64,000 nucleotides of DNA from Planctomycetota bacterium (GCA_965223545.1 OZ245006.1:3520001-3584000), one strand, 5' to 3'; shown: positions 38,838 to 49,857, numbered from the stretch's first letter. A program made the numbers and translations. Notes: generated by a model from the letters alone, not told the origin.

Positions 38838-39887
38838 ATGCGAACGACAGCACTACACCGTTCGGCGGGCCGCCTCGCCGCAGTCCTGGCCCTGGCCGCA
38901 ACCGGCGTCGCCCAGAAGTCGCCAGTCTTCAGCGACACGACGTTCTCCTTCGACCCGGCCGCCAGCCCCTACTGGTCCCACACGTTCTGCCAGACCGGCT
39001 TCGCGAACAACGCGACGTCGGGCCAGAGGCCCTTCGGGGCGGGCGGGCCGCTCTACCTGTGGCTGCGCCACGAGCACAACGGCCCCGTTTCGACCGTCGA
39101 GTCCGAACTCCAGGTGCGGCCGTGGAACGTCCCGCTGAGCGGGCGTGGCGTCCACCAGATCCGATTCCAGTGTGACCTGGCCCAGATCCAACCGCTCGTG
39201 GGCCCGGGCGGCGCCAGCCTCACGGTGATGCCCGCCGTATTCCAAGGCGGCATGACCTACGTGGGCCCCGGCGTGTCGACGGCGACGCTGCCGATCAACC
39301 CCACCGTGTGGCCGACCTACTGCGGGCTGGTCGCGCCGTGCGAGCTGATCCCCGCCCGGCTCAAGCGCTACAACCGTTGCGCCGGGGGCGTCGCACCCGG
39401 CAACCCCGACTTCAGCGCGAACGGCGGCACGCTCACCTTCGGGTTCGTGGTCAGCAGCACGTCGTCCGGGTTCACGGGCGGTGAGCTCGGGATCGACAAC
39501 GTGCAGATCACGGTGTTCTCGAAGCCGGCGGTCTTCGGCGTGGGGTGTGGCCCGAACGGACCGCTCACCATCACCGAGAGCGGCGTGCCGCGGCTCGGCG
39601 GCCGGGCCGACCTCGTCGTCGGCAACCTGGGGGGCATGACCGCCGGCGTCTTCGTGCTCGGCCTGCCGACCATGACGCCACAGCCGATCCCGTTCGCGCC
39701 GTTCTGCAACGTCGGACTGCTGCCGACCCCGCAGGCCCACGTGCCGTTCTCGACGGCGACGGGACGCGTGTCGTTCCCACTGCCGCCGCTCGCGGCGCCG
39801 TGGTGCCCGTCGGGCCAGGCATTCGCGCTGCCCGGCAGCATATCGCAGCTCGCGGCGTCGCCCCGCTACGACTACGCCTGGCGCTGA
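38838..39887 (+). CDS. Hypothetical exported protein with C-terminal FGxGC domain
   Basis: GAGGGG RBS, signal peptide ending GVA-Q, PDFSANG...FGF...GIDN core, then FGVGC...PRLG domain. Confidence 0.72.
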   Translation: MRTTALHRSAGRLAAVLALAATGVAQKSPVFSDTTFSFDPAASPYWSHTFCQTGFANNATSGQRPFGAGGPLYLWLRHEHNGPVSTVESELQVRPWNVPLSGRGVHQIRFQCDLAQIQPLVGPGGASLTVMPAVFQGGMTYVGPGVSTATLPINPTVWPTYCGLVAPCELIPARLKRYNRCAGGVAPGNPDFSANGGTLTFGFVVSSTSSGFTGGELGIDNVQITVFSKPAVFGVGCGPNGPLTITESGVPRLGGRADLVVGNLGGMTAGVFVLGLPTMTPQPIPFAPFCNVGLLPTPQAHVPFSTATGRVSFPLPPLAAPWCPSGQAFALPGSISQLAASPRYDYAWR

Positions 39888-39898
39888 CGGCGCACTGC

Positions 39899-40885
39899 TC
39901 ACCGCGGCCGAGAGATCGTCGAGACCCCCTGGTCAACGAGATCGCGCACCGCCGGTCCCCACTCCGGAAAGCGAAACTCGAACCCCGCCTCCAGCAACCG
40001 CCGCGGGACGACGCGGCGGCTCTTCAACACGAGCTCTGTCTCGGTGCGCAGCAAGAGCGCGCCCAGTTCCAATAGCCAGCGCGGCGACGGCAGGTAGCCT
40101 CGCACGCCCCAGGCCGCGCGCAGTGCGCGCATGAAATCGGCGTTGGGCAGCGGGTGCGGCGCGGCGACGTTGATGGGCCCCGACAGCTGGTCGGTGGCGA
40201 TCAAGAAGTCCAGCGCCCGGGCGAAGTCGGCGCCGTGGATCCACGAGACGAACTGCCGCCCACTGGCCGCCGGGCCGCCGACCCCGCGCCGCACGAGCCG
40301 CGATAGGACGTCGAACACGCCGCCGCGGTCGGGGCTCATCGTCATCGCCGAACGCAGCAGGACCAACCGGGTCCCGTCCGGACAGGCCCGCACGGCGGCG
40401 TTCTCCCACTGGGTGGCGACGTCGACGCTGAATCGCCAAGACTGCGGCGCGGGCGCGTGGCCGGCACCGATCGTGCCGTCGACGTCGTCCTGCGGCGCGT
40501 CGAAGCGGTGGTCGTAGATCGTCGCGGTCGCCGCCTGCAGCCACACCGGCGGCGGCCGGCGGGCGGCCGCGATCGCGCGGCCGACGGCGAGCGTGGAGCG
40601 CAGCCTCGAGTCGAGGATCTCCTGCCGGCTCCGGCGGGTGTAGCGGCAGTCGACGCTGCGGCCGGCCAGGTTGACGACGACATCCGCGCCGTCCACCTCG
40701 GCCGTCCACGCACCCGGGGTGGCACCGTCCCAGGCCACGGACCGCACTCCGCGAGGCGGCCGGCCGGTCCGGCCGCCACCTCGGCTCAGGATCACGACCT
40801 CGTGCTGCTCACCCCAGTGCCGGGCCAGCAGGCCGCCGATCTGGCCGCTGCCCCCGGGAATCACGATCTTCGCCACGGACGCCAC
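39899..40885 (-). CDS. TIGR01777 family NAD-dependent epimerase/oxidoreductase (YfcH-like)
   Basis: IPGGSGQIG, NLAGRSV, SRLRST, SWIH, KSRRVVPRRLLEAGFEFRFP. Start is 40885 or 40876. Confidence 0.9.
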   Translation of the reverse strand: MASVAKIVIPGGSGQIGGLLARHWGEQHEVVILSRGGGRTGRPPRGVRSVAWDGATPGAWTAEVDGADVVVNLAGRSVDCRYTRRSRQEILDSRLRSTLAVGRAIAAARRPPPVWLQAATATIYDHRFDAPQDDVDGTIGAGHAPAPQSWRFSVDVATQWENAAVRACPDGTRLVLLRSAMTMSPDRGGVFDVLSRLVRRGVGGPAASGRQFVSWIHGADFARALDFLIATDQLSGPINVAAPHPLPNADFMRALRAAWGVRGYLPSPRWLLELGALLLRTETELVLKSRRVVPRRLLEAGFEFRFPEWGPAVRDLVDQGVSTISRPR

Positions 40886-40890
40886 TCATG

Positions 40891-40964
40891 TTTGAACATG
40901 TTCATATTGACAGTCGACCACATCCCGTGGGGCCTGTCTCCGTTTTTTCGAACTTGTTCAAATC
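40891..40964. repeat. Double-palindrome element, copy A
   Basis: TGAACATGTTCA (40893-40904) and CGAACTTGTTCA (40949-40960). The first 32 nt match 50464-50495 at 27/32 positions. Confidence 0.8.
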
Positions 40965-41080
40965 GAGGTACCCGAGGGCCCGCCCTCTGGACCTCGGCGC
41001 ACCGCATGAGAACCCCGTTGGGGCGCTCCTCTCGCAACGGATCGCGCGCCTGTCGGTAGGCTGCAGCTCGCCGGGCGCGA

Positions 41081-41404
41081 TCAGCTACCGAACAGCCAAC
41101 CGAGAAGGCGTCTGAACCAACCCTGGCGCGGCACGGCGGATTCTCGCTCCCTGTCCGCCTGCTGCGCGCTGTGTGCAGCGCCCTGGTCGGCCGCGTCTTC
41201 TCGCTCGGTGATCTGCAGCTCGCCAGCTTCCAGTTCACCGGTCTCGGGCTCGGAGACTGCCGGCTCGCTCGGTTGGGCCGGTGCACCCAGGTCGAGTTCG
41301 TCCAGCGCGTCCTCGAACCGACGTGGGTCGGATGCCGCAGCCGCCGTCTCGTCGAAAGTTCGCGTTGGTTGGGTCGCCTGCCACGCCGCCTCGAGCTCGT
41401 CCAT
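41081..41404 (-). CDS. Small acidic hypothetical protein with C-terminal amphipathic helix
   Basis: GAGGGAGAG RBS before ATG, Glu/Asp-rich body, ends GWFRRLLGWLFGS. Confidence 0.6.
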   Translation of the reverse strand: MDELEAAWQATQPTRTFDETAAAASDPRRFEDALDELDLGAPAQPSEPAVSEPETGELEAGELQITEREDAADQGAAHSAQQADRERESAVPRQGWFRRLLGWLFGS

Positions 41405-41569
41405 GCTCTCCCTCGTCAGTGAGCTTGTAGAGATCAGGTCGGCAGATCGGGCCGTCGGCCTGATCCGGGAAGACCTGGAGCTGGGGACCGCAATGCTGAG
41501 CCTGCACTGCCACCGAGCCGACGCGCTCGCGGACTCTTTGGGCCAACGCCGACCACGCCGGACGAATCG

Positions 41570-42682
41570 TCAGCGATCGCTTCGCAGACCGTCTCGGTCC
41601 ACCGATTGTCTGGCGTAGTCCCGGTAGAACTCCGCGGTCCGCTCGAGCCCCTCGCGAATCCCGAACCGTGGCTCGAAGCCCGTCGCGGCGCGCAGCCGCT
41701 GACCACCGTTCTCCTGCGCCACGATCTCGCGGACCGCGTCGCTCGGGACTTCGACGACGCGGTAGCCGTTCGCCCGAATGCTCTCGCCGAGAGCGGGATC
41801 ACCGCTCCGGGTCGCGACCGCGCTCGCTGCCTCGACGGTCTCGGCGCACATCGCCGCCGTCGTCAGGTTGGCGCGGCCGGGCAGGTTGAACGCGCGGTCC
41901 CCCCCGCCCGCGGCGCGGGACGCGAGCAGCAGGAGCGCGGAGCAGCAGTCGTCGATGAACAGGTAGTCCCGCCGGTGCGCGCGCGCGTGCGCGTAGACCG
42001 CAGGGGCGGCTGTCGGTGAGCCGAACATGGCCGCGAACGCCTTGGGGACGAGGCGGTAGCGAATCGCGTCGAGATCGAACGGTCCGAAGACGTTGCACAT
42101 GCGCGCCACGACCACGGGGATTCCGAACGCCTCGCCGTACGAGTGCGCGAACACGTCCGCAGCGATCTTGGACGCCTCGTAGATGCCCGCGCCCAGTAGC
42201 GGAGTCGATCGCTCGCAGTACGGGGATCCGTTGATGCCGCCGTACACCTTGTCCGACGAGGCGTGCACGAAGCAGGTGATGTCCTGTCCCGTCTTGCGGA
42301 TCGCATCGAGCACGTGGACCACACCCATCGAGCTGCCCCGGATCGCCTCGACGGGTCTCTCGGCGGCGCGCTGGATCACCGAAGCGAACGCGGCGAAATG
42401 GAAGACGTAGTCGAAGCGCTCGTCGGACAAGCACCGCTCCAGCGGCGCTGCATCGGTCACGTCGCCGGTGCAGACCGACACGCGCTCTCGCAACCCCGGT
42501 ACGAGGTTCAGCTGGCTCGGGCGCGTCGGGGCCGTGTCGGTATCGAGCGCGGTCACCGAGGCGCCCGCGGCCACCATGTGTCGGCAAACGTGACCGCCGA
42601 GGAACCCGAACGCGCCCGTGATCAGGACGCGCTTGCCCACGAAGGGCGCGAGAACACTGTCGTCGAGGGAGCTCTCGGTCAT
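41570..42682 (-). CDS. NAD-dependent NDP-sugar epimerase/dehydratase (CDP-glucose 4,6-dehydratase-like)
   Basis: LITGAFGFLG, ASSDKVY, YEASK, RMCNVFGP, RDYLFIDD. ATGA overlap with the glycosyltransferase. Confidence 0.88.
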   Translation of the reverse strand: MTESSLDDSVLAPFVGKRVLITGAFGFLGGHVCRHMVAAGASVTALDTDTAPTRPSQLNLVPGLRERVSVCTGDVTDAAPLERCLSDERFDYVFHFAAFASVIQRAAERPVEAIRGSSMGVVHVLDAIRKTGQDITCFVHASSDKVYGGINGSPYCERSTPLLGAGIYEASKIAADVFAHSYGEAFGIPVVVARMCNVFGPFDLDAIRYRLVPKAFAAMFGSPTAAPAVYAHARAHRRDYLFIDDCCSALLLLASRAAGGGDRAFNLPGRANLTTAAMCAETVEAASAVATRSGDPALGESIRANGYRVVEVPSDAVREIVAQENGGQRLRAATGFEPRFGIREGLERTAEFYRDYARQSVDRDGLRSDR

Positions 42683-43956
42683 CGTTCGGCAGCTCCGCAC
42701 CTGTCATCGCGCCGCTGGGTCGCCTCGCGATACAGCTCGAGCATGCGATCGATCATGGCCTCGGTCCGCACCACCGGCTTCGGCGCCGCCGCGAGCCGGG
42801 CATAGAGCGACGGCTCGTCGCGGAGCCGCCGGAGCGCCGCAGCGAGGTCGGCGACGTCTCCCGGTTCGACGAGGAGTCCCGTCTGCCCGTGCTCGATCGC
42901 CTCCGCCATCGCGCCGAGCCTCGAGACGACGACCGGGATCCCCGCGAGGAATCCCTCGCGGATCGTCAGGCAGTAGGTCTCGTACCACAGACCGGGCACG
43001 ACCAGGACATCGACGCCGGCGAGGATGCGCGGGACGTCGGGCGGCTCGTAGCGCCCATGCAGGGTCACGTCGTGGGTCCCGCGGTCCAGTGCGCGCAGCC
43101 GCTCGCCATATCCGCGGTCCGAGTGCCACGGGCAGATCTCGCCGTGGATGTCGAGCGTGACGCTGTCCGGCTCGAGCTGCTGGACCGCCTCGAGGAGCAC
43201 GTGGGCTCCCTTCGACGGGATCACCGAACCGATGTAGGCGATGCGCAGCGGCTCGCGGCGCGCGCTCCGCGGCTCGGACCTGTGGGTGTGATCGAGGCCG
43301 CATTCGACAACGTGGATCTCCCGCCGGACGCCCCAGTCGAGGTAGACCTGCCGGGTGCTCCTCGACGGCGCGGTCAGCACGTCGACCTGCTCCAGCTTGT
43401 CGCGAATCCACGCGTCGTACTCCACGAGGGCGTCGATGTCGCTCTGGTCGCCGCCGAACAGCTGCGGCCAGAGCCGGGCACAGCACTTCGCGCACGTCGC
43501 TCGGTCGAACGTCGTGCACAGGGTCAGGTCGTCCTGGATTCTCTGTCCGCGGGGACAACCGAGCCAAAAGTCCCACAGACTGAGCACCGTCGGAACATTG
43601 CGGCGGCGGGCGACGTCCAGGATGCCAGTCGACAGGCAGGTCAGATGGTGGATGTGAACGAGGTCCGGTGCCTCACGCTCGAGCACTGCTTCGAAGATCC
43701 GATCAATCCGCTCGTTGCGGTAGATCATCCGGAAGCTGGTGCAGTCCGAGAAGTCGTAGCCGACGGAGAACACGTCGGCCCGGCCGAACGCGCCCCGGGC
43801 CGTTCCGTAAGCCGGCAGCGATCCCTCTCGCGCGTGGCGAAAGACCGTGACCTCGTCGCCCCGCGCCCGCAGCGACCGCGAGAACGCGTCGAGCATGACC
43901 TGCGTGCCGCCGACCGTGTCGGGCAACGAGAACGAGCTGACGTGCAGCGACTTCAA
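42679..43956 (-). CDS. Glycosyltransferase family 4
   Basis: GGTQ, PDLVHIHHL, DFWLGCPRGQ, YIGSVIPSKG, WYETYCLTIREG, GAMAEAIEHGQTGLL. The TTG start overlaps the halogenase TGA. Confidence 0.88.
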   Translation of the reverse strand: MKSLHVSSFSLPDTVGGTQVMLDAFSRSLRARGDEVTVFRHAREGSLPAYGTARGAFGRADVFSVGYDFSDCTSFRMIYRNERIDRIFEAVLEREAPDLVHIHHLTCLSTGILDVARRRNVPTVLSLWDFWLGCPRGQRIQDDLTLCTTFDRATCAKCCARLWPQLFGGDQSDIDALVEYDAWIRDKLEQVDVLTAPSRSTRQVYLDWGVRREIHVVECGLDHTHRSEPRSARREPLRIAYIGSVIPSKGAHVLLEAVQQLEPDSVTLDIHGEICPWHSDRGYGERLRALDRGTHDVTLHGRYEPPDVPRILAGVDVLVVPGLWYETYCLTIREGFLAGIPVVVSRLGAMAEAIEHGQTGLLVEPGDVADLAAALRRLRDEPSLYARLAAAPKPVVRTEAMIDRMLELYREATQRRDDRCGAAER

Positions 43957-45641
43957 CGGGTCCGCCCCCGCGGCTCCGGTCGCACTCCGAGCGAGTCCAT
44001 TTCGTGCGGAGTCAGGAAAGCGTTGCTGTAGCAGCGCAGCCCACTGCGCGACAGCGGCTCGTAGGCCCACGGCAATGTGCGCAGGACCTCGCCCATCTTC
44101 TCGAGCGGGATCTGGTACCGCGCCTCCGACCGGACGGCGGACTCGAGTTGTTCGCAGGTCTCGTCGACGTTCTGCTCGCCGTTCTCGAGACGACCCATGA
44201 TGTCGCACCAGGCGTCGAGGCTGCCGAGCACCGTGTCGGTGTCGGCGACGCCCGTGCAGTGGCCGAAGCCGGTCAGGAAGTTCTCGGGTTCGCGCGCGCA
44301 GAAGGCGAACTCGTCGCGGTCGCGCGTGCGCGCGTGCTTGACCAGCGGGATCAGGACGTGGCGGATCCGCGCCGCGTCAGTCAGTGCCCAGAGCGAGATC
44401 CAGGTCTCCAGCAAGCGCGGCGACCGAAACGCGACGTAGTGGCCGTAGGTGATCCGATCGTGGAAGCGGAGCAGGTTGTCCGTGAGGCGCTGCAGCGGCT
44501 CGAATCGCCGCGCGTCGAAGTCGCCGTCCTCGAACGCGCGCAGGATGAGCGACACACCGGTCGCGATCGACTGGAACGTGTGAATGTTGCCCATCGAGTA
44601 GAGCGCGTCGACCGCCCCCGTCGCGTGCGGGGTCATCCAGAACCGCTGGCCGACGCAGCGCTTGCTCGAGTACTGCAAACGGCAGGTGTGGACCCAGGGG
44701 CGCACTGCCACCGCGCGCTCGAACTGACAGCGGATCGCGGGGTAGTCGGACAAGAACGCCTGCCACTCCTGCTCCGCGCTGCGCCCATCGGTTCTTGGGA
44801 AGCGCCGGTTGTCCAGGCTGAGGCCGACGCTGCAGAGCTTGTTCGTGGACGTGGTGTGGTTGTCAAACGGGATCACCCACAGCCAGCCGCCGTCGAAGAA
44901 GTGGTGCAGCGTCCCCTGACTCCAAGGGGCCATCGTCCGCTCCACCGCGCGGAAGGTCTCGTAGGGTTCGACCCCGACCATGTGGGTGAACAGAGTCCGC
45001 GAGTTCGTCCGCATGCGCGGCGGCGTCTCCCGCAGCGAGAGCTGGTCGGCCAGGACCGAGCGGTAGCCGCTGGCGTCGACGACGAACCCGCACCGCATCG
45101 TGTCGTTCGCCGACGTCGTGACCGTCACCCCGTCCGCGTCGAACGAGATGTCCGTCGCCGTCGTCGCGGGCCGGCCGACGACCCCGGCGTGGAGCGCAGT
45201 CGCCCACAGCCACGCGTCGACGTCCTGGCGGAAGTAGTGCATCTCGTTGTACGAGGGCTGCGAGTCGTTCTCGGTCTCGGCGAGCGATGCCTGGGCGATG
45301 ATCGCCTGCCACGAGTGCTCGGCGCGGTCGGCGCCCACCGTGTGGTACAGGAAGCCGAAGTTGTTCTTGAGACCGGACGACGGCGCGACGTGGCGGATGA
45401 TCGACTCGGCGTTCGCGATGTGCAGCAGGTCGGGAACGTCGAAGAGCTCTGCAAGGAGGCGAAGCCAGAGCGAGGAGGGCGTCGTGGTCGATTCCCCGAC
45501 CGCGAGTCGCGGGTGGGTGCCCTGGTCGAGGATCGCGACTCTCAGGCCGCGCCGGGCGAGGCACAGGGCGGTGATCGATCCAGCGAGCCCGGACCCCAGG
45601 ATGACGACGTCGGTGTCGGCGAATCTACTAGAGCGTGACAT
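43953..45641 (-). CDS. Flavin-dependent halogenase (PrnC-like)
   Basis: GSGLAG FAD motif, HPRLAVGEST, GLKNNFGF, VVDASG, GGWLWVIPF (WxWxIP), DALYSMG. Confidence 0.87.
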   Translation of the reverse strand: MSRSSRFADTDVVILGSGLAGSITALCLARRGLRVAILDQGTHPRLAVGESTTTPSSLWLRLLAELFDVPDLLHIANAESIIRHVAPSSGLKNNFGFLYHTVGADRAEHSWQAIIAQASLAETENDSQPSYNEMHYFRQDVDAWLWATALHAGVVGRPATTATDISFDADGVTVTTSANDTMRCGFVVDASGYRSVLADQLSLRETPPRMRTNSRTLFTHMVGVEPYETFRAVERTMAPWSQGTLHHFFDGGWLWVIPFDNHTTSTNKLCSVGLSLDNRRFPRTDGRSAEQEWQAFLSDYPAIRCQFERAVAVRPWVHTCRLQYSSKRCVGQRFWMTPHATGAVDALYSMGNIHTFQSIATGVSLILRAFEDGDFDARRFEPLQRLTDNLLRFHDRITYGHYVAFRSPRLLETWISLWALTDAARIRHVLIPLVKHARTRDRDEFAFCAREPENFLTGFGHCTGVADTDTVLGSLDAWCDIMGRLENGEQNVDETCEQLESAVRSEARYQIPLEKMGEVLRTLPWAYEPLSRSGLRCYSNAFLTPHEMDSLGVRPEPRGRTR

Positions 45642-46035
45642 GAGTCGAGATGACTCATTATCGGGGTTGCGCCGCGGGAGTCAGGGGGCCCGCAAGCCGG
45701 CCCGGCCAGCGCGTTATCCTCTCCTTCTGTTGGGGGGAGTCGCCGATCCACGATGCACTCGAACGCGCCGTTCGTTCATCGCCCGCGACCTCCGTGCGCC
45801 TCTGAACACGCCCGTGCTTCGTGACCTATTGTTCGCTGCGACGGCCGTGGCCGGGATCGAAGCGAGGCGTCCGCGGCCATCCTGACGTTTGTTTCCGGGT
45901 GCCTGGTCTTCGGCTGCCTCTGCGAATTGCGGTGCCATGCACCCCGCACCACAAGAGTTTGACCAACGTCCCGGGTTTCAACAACTTTGCCGCGGGCTCC
46001 CAACGATTCGGCTACGAGCCTCTTCAGGAGATCGC

Positions 46036-49000
46036 ATGCAAAGCAGCCTCAGGACGTTGTTTCCCCTCCTTCTGGTTGGCGCGTTGTCATACGCGCCGGC
46101 GCAGACCATCCCCGGCGCCGCTCTGACGCACCAGCCGGCAGGCGCCCTTGCCGCAGGCACGACCACCACTTACCGCAGCGGAAGCCAGTACCACTTCGTG
46201 TTTCAAGGCGACGAGACGGTTCATTATGTGCTCGACGTCGATGATCCGGATGGGAGAGTCCGCGATGGGATGCTGCGCATCGAGGAGCTGGTCAGCGGAG
46301 CGATTCCGATCGCCCGCGGCGGCTTGACTTGGCGCTATGGATCGAACTGGACCGACGTACAAGCCCCAGACGCGCACGCCGCGGTGGCGGACACCACGCT
46401 CGTGCACTCACACCTCGACCCGGTCGGCCGCCTCACGTTGAGCTACCGGGAGAGTCGCGGCGGCCTCAACCTGCACAAGACCTACGAACTCTGGCTTGTC
46501 GGAAAAGTCCTCAAGCTTCGCGTCCGCGGCGCCAACGATTCCGGCCCGTCGTGGATCGGCAACTACTCTGGCTTCCGGCCAATGCCGTCGGAAAACACGC
46601 CGAACCCCGACGAACACCACGTACCGTACATGGACAATACCCCGCTGTTGCGCTTCGCGGGGAATCATTTCTTCTCGGTCTACGGTGACTGGCACCGCTG
46701 TAACGGAGTTACTGGCGCCAACAACGCGAGCGAGTATTCGTCACAATCCCCCAGCTCCATCGAGCACTACTACTTCGCAGCGGCAGCGCGCGACGAAAAC
46801 GGCAACTTGCTCCGACCTGTCGACGAAACGATCAACTTGATTGTCACAGCGAATCCCAGCGACGCATTTCCGGAATCTAGCCACTACCGCTCACCGTACT
46901 ATCAGGCCACGAGTGGGCGGATGATGCTATTCGGAGCACGACAAACTCCTAATGCCTGGCGAGACTATGCTGCCTCGTACGGATTTCTGGAAAGCGTGGG
47001 GCTGACTGACTCAACCATCAACCACCACAACACGTTTCGGTATGGCGCCATGCAAGCGATCAATCCGGGAAATGGCCTCCCGGGTGTGATTGGCTGTGAA
47101 AGTTCTGCACTGCCGAGTGTGGTGTCGCACGTGCAAGGCTCTTATTCCGTCATTGACCCAGATTCCCCCGCGGCACTGGCGCTTGCGGACCAAGAGTTTG
47201 GTGCATTGGCCGCGTCGGCGCGCGCTACGGGCGCGTTCTTCGCGAATATCGTCACACATAATTACTTGGATCAGTGGTCCACGGGGCCGTTTCCACCGGG
47301 GCAATACACTGCGCCAGCAAACCAAGGCATTGGGTACAACACTTCCATCCCATACGCTGTGGGGTCCAGCCTATTTGCGATACAATGGCCGACCACCAAC
47401 GTCAGCTACTTGCCGTTTGCATCCGCCGTCGTGCGAGACTGGCAAGGGACAGCAACCCTGGGGTGGGACATCAGTTTGAATTTCAACAACCAAAACACGA
47501 CGTTCGCCGGCTGGGGCTTCAGACTACAGCGCGCCGGCGCAAACCATGCATACGACGTGATCGTAAAACAACTCGAGCACGGGAAGGCTCAATTCGACTC
47601 CAACGCTGTGGCTTGGGACGCCGACAACTCACTGCCTCTCGAGATCCTGCATATCGATGCTCAATCCAACAGCGACCTACCTCACTCAGTCGGCGAGTTC
47701 CTTGCCTACAATTCACAAGCAGCTCGGCAGCTCCGGACCTACATGGAGGGCCCGCTGTACGGAGAGGCGGCGAAGCATCGCAGCAAAGCATTCAGTAATC
47801 AGGGGGTTCGGGATGGTGACCGTGCCACGTATCCTATTGAGAATACCGCGGGGACGAAGACGTTTGATCAGTGGGTTGTTCCAGACTATTCACTGCGCGG
47901 CATCTTGAGCACGGCCAGCGGCTATTCGGGAATGGGACAAGAGGCCAACTTCGCGACCGCTCCGGTGACCGGAGCTCCTCACGATGGCCCGGATGGCGAC
48001 GTCGACGTGTTCAAGGATGATTGGATCACCACTATTGCAACCTACGGTCACAATGCGTTCGCGGGAAACAATGGTCATGTCAAGAATGCGTACTGGACGT
48101 ATCAAGGCATTTTGACGCAGTACGCAATCCTCTCTGGCTACAGCCGAGCAATTCGGAGCTCCACAGTGACCTCGATTCGCTATGTGGACAAGACCAATCC
48201 GCTGACCAAGTTGGAGCTGGGCGATGCACTTGCAGCGGGCTGGGGCGACGGCTATTTCAAGAGCCCGCGCATTCAAGTCGAGTATGATTCCGGGCTCAAG
48301 TTCTTTGCCAACCACGATGATCCTGCGAGCCAGGGTGGCGGGACGAACTGGACCGTACGCGTCCCTCTGCCCGGAGGAGGACAGGAGGTCGTCGAGCTGA
48401 AGCCGAATGCGTTCGCTTGCGGTGATGGCACGTCGTTGCTCGTCCTGTTCAACGCGCGGCCTTCCGGCATGGCAGACTTCTTCGACTACGCCTGGGTCGA
48501 AGGACGATGGGAAGCGATCAACTACAGGTTGCCAAACCAAGGCGGCACGTCCAGCGCGCCGTTCTACTATCGGAACTTCCCCCCCGCGGCTGGCAGCATG
48601 GGCTTCAGCACAACGGCGGAGCCGCAATTCTATGAGGGCTTGATCATGCGCAACGACGTCCTCGGGGCATTCGTCGGCGCCGCGGGAGGCCTCTGGAATC
48701 CCAACGGGAGCGCCCCCGGGTGGTACTCCGGGCTCGTTGAGGTCGGCACGGCGGCGGCGCCGGCCTTGGCCAGCGTCGAAGTCCGCCACGAGGCTACCGC
48801 ATTGGCGGTCGGCAAGCCGGAGGGCTTCGTGGCAATTGCGCACTACAGCAACGGCGGATGGCGAGATGTCACTACACTAGCCAGCTGGTCGGCGACCGGC
48901 CCGGCGACCGTGAACAAGAGCGGTGCAGCGACTGCCACCGCCCTTGGATCGGTCGTCGTGTCGGCCAGCTACAGCGGTCTTGTTGGAGCGAGCCAATCGT

Positions 49001-49857
49001 TGCCCGTGTCGGACGCGGTTACGGCAGAGGCGGGGCCCGACGTCACGGTCGCGGCGGGCGATGTCGTCAGCTTCGACGGCAGTACTTCGTCAGATCCCAA
49101 GGGCGGATTGCTCTCTTACTCCTGGGATTTCGGGGACGGCTCCGGTTCGGATTCCGGAGCCCGGGTGTCGCACGTCTATACCGTTCCCGGCACCTATGCC
49201 GTGGTGCTCACGATCGATGACGTCGAAGACAATCAAGATCTCGACACCCTCACCGTTACCGTGACGGGCAATGGGCGGCTGGCCGGCCATGACTTGGAGG
49301 ACGGAAGCGCGGACTCGTTCTCGGTGCACGCCGGGACGTGGGGAGTGTTCGATGGCGACTTGACCCAGCTCGAGACAAACGGCGACGCCGGCGTCAAACT
49401 CGTCGACCCGGCCACTGCCGTGGAGCTCCAGTTCGGGGACATTCACGCCTCGACGCGCATCGAGCTATTGACGAGCGGCGGTGCGGCAGGAGCGGGCCTC
49501 GCGATCTGTGGTGCCAGCGGGTCACCGCTGACGGAGGATTGCTACATCGCTCAGTTGAATGGGGCGGGCATCCTGGTGTTGGTAAAGGTGCAGGGTGGCA
49601 CCGTGACCCAGCTGTTCAACAAAGTGGCCGGTGTAGACACGGCCGTGCCGCATGACCTTTCGGTTCGAACCTACCATGTGGCCGGCAGCGGGCGCGTGCT
49701 TCAGGTGCTGCTCGACGGCGTCACGGTGATCAGCGGAACGGACGCGAACCCGCTCCCGGGGGGAGGAGTGGGCTTGGTGACCCGCAACGCGCACACGCGG
49801 TTCGCCCATTTGTTCGTCGACGCGGCATTCCTACCCGGCGGGCCACAGGGACAGTAG
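46036..49857 (+). CDS. Large exported protein with Ig-like, PKD and C-terminal lectin/ConA-like domains; central region possibly glycoside-hydrolase-like
   Basis: AGGAG RBS and signal peptide. [12 protein letters not shown]...WS is Ig-like. FDGSTSSDP...YSWDFGDG...HVYTVPGTY is PKD. Confidence 0.8.
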   Translation: MQSSLRTLFPLLLVGALSYAPAQTIPGAALTHQPAGALAAGTTTTYRSGSQYHFVFQGDETVHYVLDVDDPDGRVRDGMLRIEELVSGAIPIARGGLTWRYGSNWTDVQAPDAHAAVADTTLVHSHLDPVGRLTLSYRESRGGLNLHKTYELWLVGKVLKLRVRGANDSGPSWIGNYSGFRPMPSENTPNPDEHHVPYMDNTPLLRFAGNHFFSVYGDWHRCNGVTGANNASEYSSQSPSSIEHYYFAAAARDENGNLLRPVDETINLIVTANPSDAFPESSHYRSPYYQATSGRMMLFGARQTPNAWRDYAASYGFLESVGLTDSTINHHNTFRYGAMQAINPGNGLPGVIGCESSALPSVVSHVQGSYSVIDPDSPAALALADQEFGALAASARATGAFFANIVTHNYLDQWSTGPFPPGQYTAPANQGIGYNTSIPYAVGSSLFAIQWPTTNVSYLPFASAVVRDWQGTATLGWDISLNFNNQNTTFAGWGFRLQRAGANHAYDVIVKQLEHGKAQFDSNAVAWDADNSLPLEILHIDAQSNSDLPHSVGEFLAYNSQAARQLRTYMEGPLYGEAAKHRSKAFSNQGVRDGDRATYPIENTAGTKTFDQWVVPDYSLRGILSTASGYSGMGQEANFATAPVTGAPHDGPDGDVDVFKDDWITTIATYGHNAFAGNNGHVKNAYWTYQGILTQYAILSGYSRAIRSSTVTSIRYVDKTNPLTKLELGDALAAGWGDGYFKSPRIQVEYDSGLKFFANHDDPASQGGGTNWTVRVPLPGGGQEVVELKPNAFACGDGTSLLVLFNARPSGMADFFDYAWVEGRWEAINYRLPNQGGTSSAPFYYRNFPPAAGSMGFSTTAEPQFYEGLIMRNDVLGAFVGAAGGLWNPNGSAPGWYSGLVEVGTAAAPALASVEVRHEATALAVGKPEGFVAIAHYSNGGWRDVTTLASWSATGPATVNKSGAATATALGSVVVSASYSGLVGASQSLPVSDAVTAEAGPDVTVAAGDVVSFDGSTSSDPKGGLLSYSWDFGDGSGSDSGARVSHVYTVPGTYAVVLTIDDVEDNQDLDTLTVTVTGNGRLAGHDLEDGSADSFSVHAGTWGVFDGDLTQLETNGDAGVKLVDPATAVELQFGDIHASTRIELLTSGGAAGAGLAICGASGSPLTEDCYIAQLNGAGILVLVKVQGGTVTQLFNKVAGVDTAVPHDLSVRTYHVAGSGRVLQVLLDGVTVISGTDANPLPGGGVGLVTRNAHTRFAHLFVDAAFLPGGPQGQ

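Noticed and set aside
40891..40964. Repeat element as LexA box, integron attC, dif or parS
   Set aside because: The spacer is N2 rather than the N4 of GAAC-N4-GTTC, the ends do not fit RYYYAAC/GTTRRRY, and there is no match to dif or parS consensus. No integrase is present in the window.
40888..41115. ORF MFEHVHIDSRPH... resembling FEQVHIDVRPH in ORF 50428-51606
   Set aside because: The similarity comes from the palindromic DNA repeat. Neither ORF looks coding, and the second runs out of frame through apt.
45921..45938. Sigma-54-like TGGCAC...TTCGC on the minus strand upstream of the halogenase
   Set aside because: GG-to-GC spacing is one base too long for a -24/-12 promoter.
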